A stretch of 64,000 nt of DNA, taken from the NCBI GenBank assembly GCA_963662315.1, contig OY759353.1, forward strand, positions 160,001 to 224,000. The letters are read 5' to 3'. Numbering within the stretch: position 1 is the first letter of the stretch; each line of letters begins with the position of its first letter. Shown in pieces: positions 20,243 through 29,394 of this stretch. The notes beneath the pieces are model-generated. The model searched no databases. It had not been told where the DNA came from and was given only the letters and a program-made list of their open reading frames with translations. The position numbers and the translations under genes were made by a program. This DNA is from Geopsychrobacteraceae bacterium (lineage in GTDB: Bacteria > Desulfobacterota > Desulfuromonadia > Desulfuromonadales > Geopsychrobacteraceae).

Positions 20243-21420
20243 TGCTGTCTTTTGATGTTGAACGTGCGCGGCGTGAAACCCGCGGTTGTGAAGGGCGCAT
20301 CCATTTCAACAATGCCGGGGCGTCTTTACCCCCGGCTCCGGTGACAGACGTTTTCTACTCTTATTTACATGAGGAGGAAGAGCAGGGCGGTTATGAAGTC
20401 ATGGCGCAGCGAGCTGCGGAGTTGGAGCATTTTTATACCGCAGCTGCGCAGCTTCTCAACTGCTCTGCAGATGAAATCGCCTTTTCTGACAGTGCCACTC
20501 GGGCCTGGAACGCTGCCTTTTATGCCTTCAATTTTCAACCCGGTGACCGGATCCTGGCCAGTAGCGCCGAATATGGAAGTAGTTTGATCGCCATGTTGCA
20601 ACAAGCCAGGCGTGTCGGAGTTGAAATCACCTTTGTACCGGATGACCCGTCAGGCCAGATCGACGTCAACAGTCTGAAAAATCAGATCGACAGTCGCGTC
20701 AAACTGATCTGTCTGACTCAGGTTCCTTCCGGTGGTGGTCTGATCAATCCTGCTGCCGCGGTTGGGAAAGTTGCAAAAGATGCGGGCATTCCCTATCTGC
20801 TGGATGCGTGTCAGGCCCTTGGCCAGATGCCGGTCGATGTCGAGCAACTCGGCTGCGACCTCTTGTGTGGCACCGGCCGCAAATTCCTGCGTGGACCGCG
20901 AGGCACGGGTTTTCTCTATGTTCGTCGTACATTGCTCGAGCAACTCGAACCGAGCCAGCTCAACCATCACGCTGCAGAGTTGCTTTCGACCCAAAGCTAC
21001 CAACTGCGTAAGGATGCAAAACGCTTTGAATGCTGGGAGCGTAACTATGCTGCGCAACTCGCCTTAGGTGCTGCAATCGACTATGCTCTGGCCTGGGGCC
21101 TTGAGGAGATTAACGAGCGGGTCAGAATGCTGGCGGCGACATTGCGGCAGAAATTAGACCAGATCGATGGCGTGACCCTTACTGACCGGGGGAGTGAGCA
21201 ATGTGCTATAGTCACTTTTTCCTGTGCTCAGGTGTCAGCAGAGCAGTTGCAGCAACAGCTCGCCCGCCGGAACATTAACACCTCGACCGTAACGTTCTCT
21301 GCGAACCCGGTCAGCTCAAGGACTCTCCCTTCTCCACCATTGTTGCGAGCTTCGCTGCATTATTACAATACCCTTGAGGAGATAGAGCAGTTTGTTTCTG
21401 AGTTGAGGCAACTTTTGTGA
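20242..21420 (+). CDS. Class-V PLP-dependent enzyme, probable C-S lyase for ovothiol
   Basis: HFNNAG, LDACQ, TGRKFLRGPRGTG (PLP Lys), RASLHYYN; TGATG overlap with the ovoA stop. Confidence 0.85.
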   Translation: MLSFDVERARRETRGCEGRIHFNNAGASLPPAPVTDVFYSYLHEEEEQGGYEVMAQRAAELEHFYTAAAQLLNCSADEIAFSDSATRAWNAAFYAFNFQPGDRILASSAEYGSSLIAMLQQARRVGVEITFVPDDPSGQIDVNSLKNQIDSRVKLICLTQVPSGGGLINPAAAVGKVAKDAGIPYLLDACQALGQMPVDVEQLGCDLLCGTGRKFLRGPRGTGFLYVRRTLLEQLEPSQLNHHAAELLSTQSYQLRKDAKRFECWERNYAAQLALGAAIDYALAWGLEEINERVRMLAATLRQKLDQIDGVTLTDRGSEQCAIVTFSCAQVSAEQLQQQLARRNINTSTVTFSANPVSSRTLPSPPLLRASLHYYNTLEEIEQFVSELRQLL

Positions 21421-21621
21421 ATTCAGCGGATATCTGGATTTTTCATGTCTAACTACGATCTGTTGAATAACCTTCTGAAGTGGGGCTTTCGCTGCGGTCT
21501 TACTGAGGCTAAAGTGCTACACTGGAATTCCGATCAGCTGACAAAGAAATGTTCAATTAAGGATCATTTCTGTAAAGTAATTGGCACGTTGGCACTTATT
21601 TTAGATTTCTCAAACAGTTAA

Positions 21622-21637
21622 TGGCATATCCTTTGCT
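21622..21637 (+). promoter_or_regulatory. Sigma-54 promoter
   Basis: TGGCAT-ATCCT-TTGCT, near-consensus -24/-12, 45 bp upstream of an ATG preceded by GGAGG. Confidence 0.75.
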
Positions 21638-21682
21638 CTTTATTTGTGCCTAAAGATAACATTAGGCGCAGCGGAGGACAGC

Positions 21683-21892
21683 ATGGCTATACAGGAAACA
21701 GGTACTCAAGACTGGAAGAAAAAAGCGCTTCAGGTTAAAGATACGCCCAGAGCGTCCAGGATTCTTGCAAAGGCCTTATATAAAGAATTGAAAAATATTG
21801 GTTTTAGCAGAAACGAAATTCTTGCAGTTTCCAGTGAAATCGTTGGGCTGGTCGGCAGCGAGATGAAACAATTAAGAGAGACGGTCCAGTAA
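21683..21892 (+). CDS. Small hypothetical protein (69 aa, helical)
   Basis: GGAGG SD and its own sigma-54 promoter; amphipathic RILAKALYKELKNIGFSRNEILAVSSEIVGLV. Confidence 0.7.
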   Translation: MAIQETGTQDWKKKALQVKDTPRASRILAKALYKELKNIGFSRNEILAVSSEIVGLVGSEMKQLRETVQ

Positions 21893-21922
21893 TATCTGCC
21901 TTATCGTGTATTATCGCGAGGC

Positions 21923-22186
21923 ATGGAAAAGTCAAGGTCTGAACCCTCAAAAAAACGAGCCAATAGTATTAAATTATGCAAAGCCTATGATTCGTTTACC
22001 TTGAAAAGGTTTGGAAACACGTCTGGCCGATTTGTAACAAGGTCGGAAGAGGTTGCATTGTACCCAGGGTTCAGTCTGCTGGAAAATAGTGTGTGTGAAG
22101 AGCTAGCGGCTTTCATCGATCATAAGATTACTCCTATTGCTCCCCTCCTTAAAAATTCCTATCCTCTTTTTTCTGATGTTTCTTAA
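21923..22186 (+). CDS. Hypothetical protein
   Basis: ATG ORF filling an intergenic gap; no recognisable motif. Confidence 0.3.
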   Translation: MEKSRSEPSKKRANSIKLCKAYDSFTLKRFGNTSGRFVTRSEEVALYPGFSLLENSVCEELAAFIDHKITPIAPLLKNSYPLFSDVS

Positions 22187-22279
22187 CCGATATAATGATG
22201 TGCGCAGCAGATTTTTGCTGATCGGCAACCGAAGGACGTTCATTCAGCGTTTATAAGCTAAAGAAGGAAGACAGTTTTC

Positions 22280-23689
22280 ATGGACAATGGTTTTATCGAA
22301 GAGTTGGCGGCAATTGTCGACGCAGAAGGTTTGCTGCTTGGTGATGCCGAGCAAGCCCCGTTTCTGGAAGAAAAAAGAGGGCTTTACCATGGTCATTGCG
22401 TTGCTGTTGTCAGGCCGGCAACAACGGCAGAAGTCGCGGCGGTGGTAGAGTGCTGCAATAAATACAATCAGCCGATAACTCCGCAATCCGGCAATACCGG
22501 GCTATGCGGCGGCGCTGTTCCTGATGGTGGCATTCTTTTGAACCTGGGACGGATGAACAGGGTGAGGGAACTGGACCGAGTCGGCGGAACCATGACGGTT
22601 GAGGCGGGCTGTATTTTAAAGACTTTGCAGCAAGTGGCCAGCGCCGAAGGATTACTGTTTACGTTGAGCAGTCCGTCTGAGAAGGATTGTCAGCTCGGGG
22701 GCAATCTGTCGACAAATCTGGGTGGCATCAATGTTCTGCGTTATGGCACCGCCAGGGAGCAGGTTTTAGGACTCGAGGTCGTCCTGCCTTCGGGCGAGAT
22801 CTGGAACGGCTTACGGGCGTTGCGTAAAGACAATGCCGGCTATGATTTGAAGCAGCTGTTTATCGGTGCCGAAGGGACCCTAGGTATTATTACCGCAGCC
22901 ACGGTGAAACTGTTTTCTGCCCCGCAGGTACAGGTGACAGGGATGGTCGCGGTACCGGACATTTACGTCATGATGGAAACGTTTACCCACATTCGTCAGC
23001 GTTTTAATGATCACTTAAGTGGCTTTGAAATTATCCCGCGTTTTGCCGTCGACATGGTGCTCGAATATGACTCTGCGATTAAAGACCCTTTTCCGCAGCG
23101 GCATGGCTGGTATGGCCTGGTCGAGTTGAACGCGACTGATCCCGAGATGGATCTGAAAACTTCATTAAGGCAGTTGTTTGATTCCTTGCCCTATCCGACC
23201 CGAATTGCGCAGGATCAGGAGGAATCGGAACAGCTGTGGGCGGTGCGCAGGGCCATCAATGCTGCTCAAAAAGTGCGGGGAGCTTCAATTAAACACGATA
23301 TTTCCGTGCCGCTGAATGATATCGCCGAGTTTATGACGCAGGCCACCCGAATGGTCGAAGCGCAGATACCCGGAGTTCAGGTCTGCGGATTTGGTCATGC
23401 CGGTGATGGCAACGTTCACTTTAACCTGACTCAGCCTCCGGGGGCAGATCCTCAGGAATTTTTAGATCGTTGGGAAGAGATGAACCGGATGATTCATGAT
23501 CTGGTGCGGTGCTTCGGTGGCTCAATTGCTGCTGAACATGGTGTTGGGCAACTGCGGCGTGCCGAACTGCGGCGCACCAAGGACCCTGTTGAATATGCCA
23601 TGATGCAAGCGATAAAAGGGTGCCTGGACCCAAACAATCTGCTGAATCCAGGCAAGGTGGTTGACCCGAATTCATCACCTTGTGGGTAG
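22280..23689 (+). CDS. FAD-linked oxidoreductase (D-2-hydroxyacid/D-2-hydroxyglutarate dehydrogenase-like)
   Basis: PQSGNTGL, GGNLSTN, LRKDNAGYDL, GAEGTLG, HDISVP, GHAGDGNVH, AEHGVG, LNPGK. Confidence 0.9.
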   Translation: MDNGFIEELAAIVDAEGLLLGDAEQAPFLEEKRGLYHGHCVAVVRPATTAEVAAVVECCNKYNQPITPQSGNTGLCGGAVPDGGILLNLGRMNRVRELDRVGGTMTVEAGCILKTLQQVASAEGLLFTLSSPSEKDCQLGGNLSTNLGGINVLRYGTAREQVLGLEVVLPSGEIWNGLRALRKDNAGYDLKQLFIGAEGTLGIITAATVKLFSAPQVQVTGMVAVPDIYVMMETFTHIRQRFNDHLSGFEIIPRFAVDMVLEYDSAIKDPFPQRHGWYGLVELNATDPEMDLKTSLRQLFDSLPYPTRIAQDQEESEQLWAVRRAINAAQKVRGASIKHDISVPLNDIAEFMTQATRMVEAQIPGVQVCGFGHAGDGNVHFNLTQPPGADPQEFLDRWEEMNRMIHDLVRCFGGSIAAEHGVGQLRRAELRRTKDPVEYAMMQAIKGCLDPNNLLNPGKVVDPNSSPCG

Positions 23690-23779
23690 GTAGGACAACT
23701 TGAAAATAGCTTCCTGCAGGGTTACGGACGGCTTTCTCTTTTTACCGATTTGACCCTATTTTTCAAGATGTTCCCTTGC

Positions 23780-23809
23780 TTGACACCGGCAGAGGATGTA
23801 AAATATTAT
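23780..23809 (+). promoter_or_regulatory. Putative sigma-70 promoter of the flagellin-like gene
   Basis: TTGACA-18 bp-TATTAT. Confidence 0.4.
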
Positions 23810-23887
23810 GAATTGTAAGAATATTCCAATAAATAGACTCGGAAAATCCTCTCTCTCTGCCTCTGAGTAACCTTTGGGAGGTGTTTA

Positions 23888-24700
23888 ATGGCTATGTCTA
23901 TCGGTGGGTCCACGTTAAATACAACCAGTCTGGCTAAAGCGCAGCAGAGTCAAGAAAATGCAATGGAGCGAATCTCCTCAGGCAAGCGCATTAATAGTGC
24001 CAAGGATGATGTTGCCGGTTTGGCAATCTCGGACCGCTTTAATTCTCAGTTTCTTGGATTAAATCAGGCGATGCGCAATGTGACCGACGGTGTTTCCATG
24101 GTGCAGACGGCGGATAGCGCCCTTGGTGAGAGTACCTCAATTCTGCAGCGCATGCGAGAGTTGTCGCTGCAATCAGGGAACGGTATTTATAATCGTAGCG
24201 ACCGTGCTTCAATGAACGCGGAATTTTCCCAGTTGCAGTCGGAACTCGATCGGATTGCTGGAACGACGACTTTTAATGATCAGAATCTCCTCAATGGCGA
24301 TATGGCTGGCTCCGGTGTAAGTTTTCAGGTTGGTACCGAAGCTGGTGATTTGATTAATGTACAGATTCCCGGAGCTGCTCAAGATGACCTGGGAACCGCA
24401 GACCTTGATATTTTAAGTCAAGAAGGAGCGCAGGCATCACTGTCCAGTATCTATGACGCGCTCAGCCAAGTTTCCTCCATGCGTGGCGATCTGGGAGCTG
24501 TTCAGAGTCAATTCGAGTCCTCGCTGGATAATCTCAGCAATGTTGCGCAAAACACTGCAGGAGCAAAGTCACGGATTGCTGATGCGGATATGGCCAAGGA
24601 AATATCGGCCCTGACCCGGAACACTATTATTGAGAAAGCCGGTATCGCTATGCAGGCTCAGGCGAATCAGTCGGCACAGAGCATATTAAAATTGCTTTGA
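23888..24700 (+). CDS. Flagellin (orphan, minimal size)
   Basis: RISSGKRINSAKDD, LQRMREL, FQVG, RGDLGAVQ, SRIADADMAKE, QANQ; strong GGAGGT SD. Confidence 0.92.
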   Translation: MAMSIGGSTLNTTSLAKAQQSQENAMERISSGKRINSAKDDVAGLAISDRFNSQFLGLNQAMRNVTDGVSMVQTADSALGESTSILQRMRELSLQSGNGIYNRSDRASMNAEFSQLQSELDRIAGTTTFNDQNLLNGDMAGSGVSFQVGTEAGDLINVQIPGAAQDDLGTADLDILSQEGAQASLSSIYDALSQVSSMRGDLGAVQSQFESSLDNLSNVAQNTAGAKSRIADADMAKEISALTRNTIIEKAGIAMQAQANQSAQSILKLL

Positions 24701-24817
24701 TGGGACTTTCTGCTGTTGTGGTTACTGACATGGCCTTTTTGTCAGGGCTGTTTGATTTGATCATGCGTAGTCTTTAAGGCGTCTTCATACTTTAACCTGA
24801 GCGGCACATCATCCTGC

Positions 24818-24856
24818 TACGCTCAGAAAAAAGGTGTCCTCTTTTTTCTGAGCGTA
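24818..24856. terminator. Hairpin between convergent flagellin and msrAB
   Basis: TACGCTCAGAAAAAAG...CTTTTTTCTGAGCGTA. Confidence 0.6.
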
Positions 24857-24887
24857 ACGTCAATCTTCATTTCTCAGCACGAACTAT

Positions 24888-26051
24888 TCATTTAAACAGT
24901 TTTGCATATTCACCATAGCCCTCCTTTTCAAGGTTGGCTAACGGGATAAAGCGTAGTGATGCTGAGTTCATGCAGTAGCGTAGACCGGTCGGTTGCGGTC
25001 CATCATCAAACACATGGCCAAGATGCGAGTTGGCATGTTTGCTGCGCACTTCGGTACGGGACATGAATAGGCGGTTGTCGGTTCTGGTGACAATGTTTTC
25101 TGCCACCAGGGGTTTGCTGAAGCTTGGCCAACCAGTGCCGGAATCATACTTGTCAAGGGAACTGAAAAGTGGTTCCCCGGACACGACGTCAACATAGATT
25201 CCGGCTTCATGGTTATCCCAGTAGGTGTTGTTGAAGGGAGGTTCTGTCCCTTCGTGCTGAGTTACGTCATATTGCATGGGAGTGAGCTTTTTCTTCAGTT
25301 CCGCATCGCTGGGGATGGTGTACTTTTGCTCTGTCATAGGTTTTTGGTCCTTATTCTGCGTCGCTGCCGGGCGCTGTGGATTCAGCTCCGGAAATTCAGA
25401 AAGAATAGCGTCAAAGGTCAACTCCTGCTTTTGCCATTTTTTCTCAAGGAACTGGTCACGTCCCGAGCCATGGCGATACCAGTTGTAGCGCAGGGGGTTT
25501 TCTTTGTAATAATCCTGATGATAGTCCTCCGCCGCATAAAACGGTCCCAACGGCAGCAGCTCTGTCACAATAGGGGCTGTAAAGCGTCCGCTCTGTGCTA
25601 ACCGTTTTTTTGATTTTTCCGCAATCATTTTCTGTTCCGCGTTGGCGTAAAAAATGACGCTACGATATTGTGTGCCCCGATCGACAAACTGCCCCCCCCT
25701 GTCGGTGGGATCAATATGGCGCCAGAACCATTCGACTAATTGGCCGTAACTGACCTGGGTTGGATCAAAAGTCACTTTCACCGCCTCAACATGGCCAGTT
25801 TTATGGGCGGAAACTTCTTCATAGGTTGGATTGACTTCTGCCCCTCCGGTGTATCCTGATATGACCGCAGACACTCCCGGAACTTTTTCGAAGTCAGATT
25901 CAGTGCACCAGAAACAGCCTCCGGCAAAGACGGCAATTTCAGAAGCGTTGTTCTTTTCACTGATGTTAGCGGCAATTGACCGGCTTTGGTCCTGCATGCA
26001 GCCAGATAGCAACAGGGTCAATAGAAAAAAACTTTTTCTCCACAACGACAT
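24888..26051 (-). CDS. msrAB: Fused peptide methionine sulfoxide reductase MsrA-MsrB, predicted lipoprotein
   Basis: GCFWC and AEDYHQDY (MsrA); GWPSF, HLGHVF, RYCMN (MsrB); start 26051 follows GAGGAG and gives the lipobox LSGC. Confidence 0.92.
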   Translation of the reverse strand: MSLWRKSFFLLTLLLSGCMQDQSRSIAANISEKNNASEIAVFAGGCFWCTESDFEKVPGVSAVISGYTGGAEVNPTYEEVSAHKTGHVEAVKVTFDPTQVSYGQLVEWFWRHIDPTDRGGQFVDRGTQYRSVIFYANAEQKMIAEKSKKRLAQSGRFTAPIVTELLPLGPFYAAEDYHQDYYKENPLRYNWYRHGSGRDQFLEKKWQKQELTFDAILSEFPELNPQRPAATQNKDQKPMTEQKYTIPSDAELKKKLTPMQYDVTQHEGTEPPFNNTYWDNHEAGIYVDVVSGEPLFSSLDKYDSGTGWPSFSKPLVAENIVTRTDNRLFMSRTEVRSKHANSHLGHVFDDGPQPTGLRYCMNSASLRFIPLANLEKEGYGEYAKLFK

Positions 26052-26448
26052 AAGCTCCTCCATGTCAGGCCAATGGGTGTGTGGTCCAGATCCGGAAATG
26101 GATCTTTTCCGCTGTAGTGCCTTCAATCTGGTCTCCGTGCAAACCCTTGATTTTCTGGACACAAGGGAAAATCACCTGTTTCCAATCTGGTAACTTCCAT
26201 CTATAAATACATTGTAAGAGATGTCTTTCCGGCGGGTAAAGATGACGGCAGAAAAGAGCACAATAAACGTTAATATGAACATACCTTCACTGTGTATTGG
26301 CTCAATCAAATTACATAAGCGTGGTTAAAAATCACAAATTGGCTATTATTTCACTGTAGAAATCGCGGCAACTGGTACGTCGGCAATAGGGCTGATTATC
26401 AAAGGACTGTGCATATTTCTATAACTGCCTATTGTAAACAGGGGGAAA

Positions 26449-27438
26449 ATGATGAAGAGTTTGTATCTGCTGCTGGCCATGACACTGCTGTCGGTCGTAT
26501 CTGCGATTGCAGGACCCACTATTACCGGGAAAATTTCACAAATTACAGCCATTGAAAAGGATATCAATCCCTTAGTTGATAAACTGAAGGGAACCGAGAT
26601 TGTGCCAGCCTATTGGGGAACGGAGCTGCTGGAAAAAGTTTACCTGGGGCAGGGGAGCTGGCGGATTAGGGTAAAAAATACCGGGAACATGAGTTTTGTG
26701 CCCGGTCAACTGCGAATCACGGTTAAATATCATATTGGCGGCAATCTGTATGCACAGGATCCCATCTATAACGAGTCTCAGATACGTCCCGGACAGATCC
26801 TGACCGTAACAGGAAATAATCTGGCAAGACAGGATGGAGAGTGCGGCAATCTCAACTGCATTGATCTTGAGGTCTACGACACGGTCAATGAGCGCAGACG
26901 CGAATTTGATGCGCTGGATGTTCCGCCTCTTGCGGCAGAGCTCAGTCAGATCAGTCTGGAACATAGTCAACTTTATTTTAAAATACAAAGCCAGACTTTG
27001 TTTCCCATTAAGATCAAACTCGAAATAGCCGCGCTGGAAATCTGGGATCGTCCCAAGCCTTATCCGAAAGACAACAGCATTTGGGGTAAAATCAAGGATA
27101 TGTTGACCTTCGATTCCTCCGGATTGCAGCCTGAAAAGCTGGTCTGTTCAGTATCTCACTTACCCTTGTATGATACAGATTTTTTGCCACTGGCGGCTGC
27201 AATCGAAAATAGTGCCGATTATCCAACTGTTTGGGGTACTGTCTCCAAAACACGACTGAAACCTTTACTGCAGGCCGCTTGCCCCGATGCTCATTTCAGC
27301 GAATACTCCACTCTGTTCAAGTCTTTGCGCCTGGTTTTGTATACCGAGAATGCTGCGCCGTGTGTCGCGAAAAAGCAGCTCGATATTGTTTCTATAAGCC
27401 GGGGAGGGGATGATATCCCCGCTTTTTCATGGGATTAG
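26449..27438 (+). CDS. Hypothetical exported protein
   Basis: 329 aa, signal peptide ending AIA, beta-rich segment (RVKNTG) reminiscent of Ig/CARDB-like folds, several Cys. Confidence 0.65.
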   Translation: MMKSLYLLLAMTLLSVVSAIAGPTITGKISQITAIEKDINPLVDKLKGTEIVPAYWGTELLEKVYLGQGSWRIRVKNTGNMSFVPGQLRITVKYHIGGNLYAQDPIYNESQIRPGQILTVTGNNLARQDGECGNLNCIDLEVYDTVNERRREFDALDVPPLAAELSQISLEHSQLYFKIQSQTLFPIKIKLEIAALEIWDRPKPYPKDNSIWGKIKDMLTFDSSGLQPEKLVCSVSHLPLYDTDFLPLAAAIENSADYPTVWGTVSKTRLKPLLQAACPDAHFSEYSTLFKSLRLVLYTENAAPCVAKKQLDIVSISRGGDDIPAFSWD

Positions 27439-27658
27439 TGGAAGGGCGTAACGATTATTGCAGGTCTTGAAACGGGTGTGTGCGGACAAATACATTTTCA
27501 GTTATCCGCACATACGCAGGGTGACCAATTTTTTTTGCGTTCTGTTGACCGGCGCTACTTTAGATCTGAAAAAAAACTGGATCTCAAAACACGGTATGCT
27601 AAATTCTTCTGCTATCCGGTGCATAGAGCATGAGTATTTGCTCAAGGGAGAGCAAACC

Positions 27659-29383
27659 ATGGAAAGAATAATCCAATTTTGGGCGAAGTTTTTACGGTCA
27701 GTACTGCTTGGGATCGTCTGTAGTCTCGGCTTCTCCGGGTCCGCACTATGGGCTGCGGACCCGGCACCTGTCAATCCTGTCGCTGTTGTCGTTGGCGGTG
27801 ACCATAATTATCCTCCCTATGAGTTTTTGGACGAAAACCAGCAGCCTGCAGGATTCAATGTTGATCTGACCCGTGCGATTGCTGAAGTTATGGGGATCTC
27901 CGTCACCTTTCAAATGGATACCTGGGATCATGTCCGTCACGATCTGGATGTTGGAAAGATCGATATTCTGCAGGGGATGGTCTACTCAGAAGGGCGCAGC
28001 CGTGATTACGATTTTTCTCCCCCCCATACCATTGTTCACGAGTCCGTTTTTGCCAGAAAAGATGCCCATCCCCGCAGTGTTTCAGCAATCACCTCGCTGC
28101 AGCAACTGGCCGGGAAAGAACTGATTGTGCAAAAAGGGGGGATTCGCCACGACCAGTTGCTGGAGAAAAAGCTGGATGCCAAACTGTTTCTGGTTGATAC
28201 CCATGCGGCGGCTTTACGGCTGTTGGCCTCCGGGCAGCACGACTATGCCCTGGTCGGCAATCTGCCCGGTTTATATCTGGGCAAGGAGCTGGGGCTATCA
28301 AATATTCGGCCGGTTGGCAGTCCGTTTCCTGCCCAGCATTACTGTTATGCAGTACGCAAAGGGAACGCCGAACTCCTGGCTATTTTCAGCGAGGGGCTGG
28401 CGATCCTGAAGAACACCGGGCGTTATCAGCAATTGTATGATAAATGGCTCGGGCCGCTGGAAACAACTGATGGGTTTCCCTGGCGCAAGATGGCGCCGGT
28501 CCTGGCAGGGATTGTTGGCGGAGCATTGTTCATCTTTGCTATCATCATGTTCTGGAACCGGACACTTAAAAAGGAAGTCGAGCGTCGTTCCAGTGAACTG
28601 CAGCAGCATCAGCAACAGCTGATCCAGGCTGACAAGTTGGCGTCTCTGGGGATCCTGGTCAGCGGTGTTGCTCATGAAATCAACAACCCCAACAGTTTAA
28701 TCCTGATGAACATGCCGATTGTCATGGCTGCGCATGAGGACAGTTCTGAAATTCTTGAAGAGTATTATCAGAACCACGGGGATTACAGCCTTGCTGGTAT
28801 CGATTATTCCCGCATGCGCGAAGAATTACCCTCTCTTCACGAAGAAATGTTTGATGCGGCGAGGCGGATCAAGCGGATTGTTGACGATCTGAAGGATTTT
28901 GCCCGCCCTGAACCTGCGGCCGATTTTCAGCACCTTGATATTAATGATATCGTGCAAACAGCGGTGCGTCTGGTTGAAAATTCACTGAACAAAGCGACCC
29001 GCCACTTTCAACAGCACTATGCGGCCGATCTGCCGGCAGTTAACGGACAACGGCAACGCATCGAACAGGTTGTTGTTAACCTGCTGCTTAATGCCTGCCA
29101 AGCTTTACCTGATGCTGAATGCAGTATTACCGTTGTTACCAGTTTTATCGCGGAAACTGGCGAGGTTTGTATTGAGGTCCAGGATCAGGGGGTGGGGATT
29201 GATGCGGAGCATTTAGCCCGTGTTACCGATCCGTTTTTCACCACCAAGCGTGAATGTGGTGGTACGGGATTGGGGTTGTCTGTTTCAGCAACAATTGTTC
29301 AACAACATGGTGGATCCTTGGTCTTTACCTCAGAGCCCGGCTGCGGAACGGTTGCGGCATTAACCCTTCCCGTGAGTGTTTAA
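27659..29383 (+). CDS. Sensor histidine kinase with a periplasmic amino-acid-binding (SBP family 3) domain
   Basis: DHNYPPYEF...GFNVDL SBP motif, TM helix, AHEINNP H-box, NLLLNA, DQGVG, FFTTK, GTGLGL. Confidence 0.92.
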   Translation: MERIIQFWAKFLRSVLLGIVCSLGFSGSALWAADPAPVNPVAVVVGGDHNYPPYEFLDENQQPAGFNVDLTRAIAEVMGISVTFQMDTWDHVRHDLDVGKIDILQGMVYSEGRSRDYDFSPPHTIVHESVFARKDAHPRSVSAITSLQQLAGKELIVQKGGIRHDQLLEKKLDAKLFLVDTHAAALRLLASGQHDYALVGNLPGLYLGKELGLSNIRPVGSPFPAQHYCYAVRKGNAELLAIFSEGLAILKNTGRYQQLYDKWLGPLETTDGFPWRKMAPVLAGIVGGALFIFAIIMFWNRTLKKEVERRSSELQQHQQQLIQADKLASLGILVSGVAHEINNPNSLILMNMPIVMAAHEDSSEILEEYYQNHGDYSLAGIDYSRMREELPSLHEEMFDAARRIKRIVDDLKDFARPEPAADFQHLDINDIVQTAVRLVENSLNKATRHFQQHYAADLPAVNGQRQRIEQVVVNLLLNACQALPDAECSITVVTSFIAETGEVCIEVQDQGVGIDAEHLARVTDPFFTTKRECGGTGLGLSVSATIVQQHGGSLVFTSEPGCGTVAALTLPVSV

Positions 29384-29394
29384 GGAGCTTATCG

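Noticed and set aside
20242..21420. Calling this cysteine desulfurase (sufS/iscS)
   Set aside because: No recognisable catalytic Cys loop (RxGHHC or SACxS), and it is coupled to ovoA.
27458..27658. Long N-terminal extensions in the ORF track (also at 29254, 31094, 37439, 44426, 26162, 55282)
   Set aside because: Downstream starts have better SD sequences or match family N-termini.
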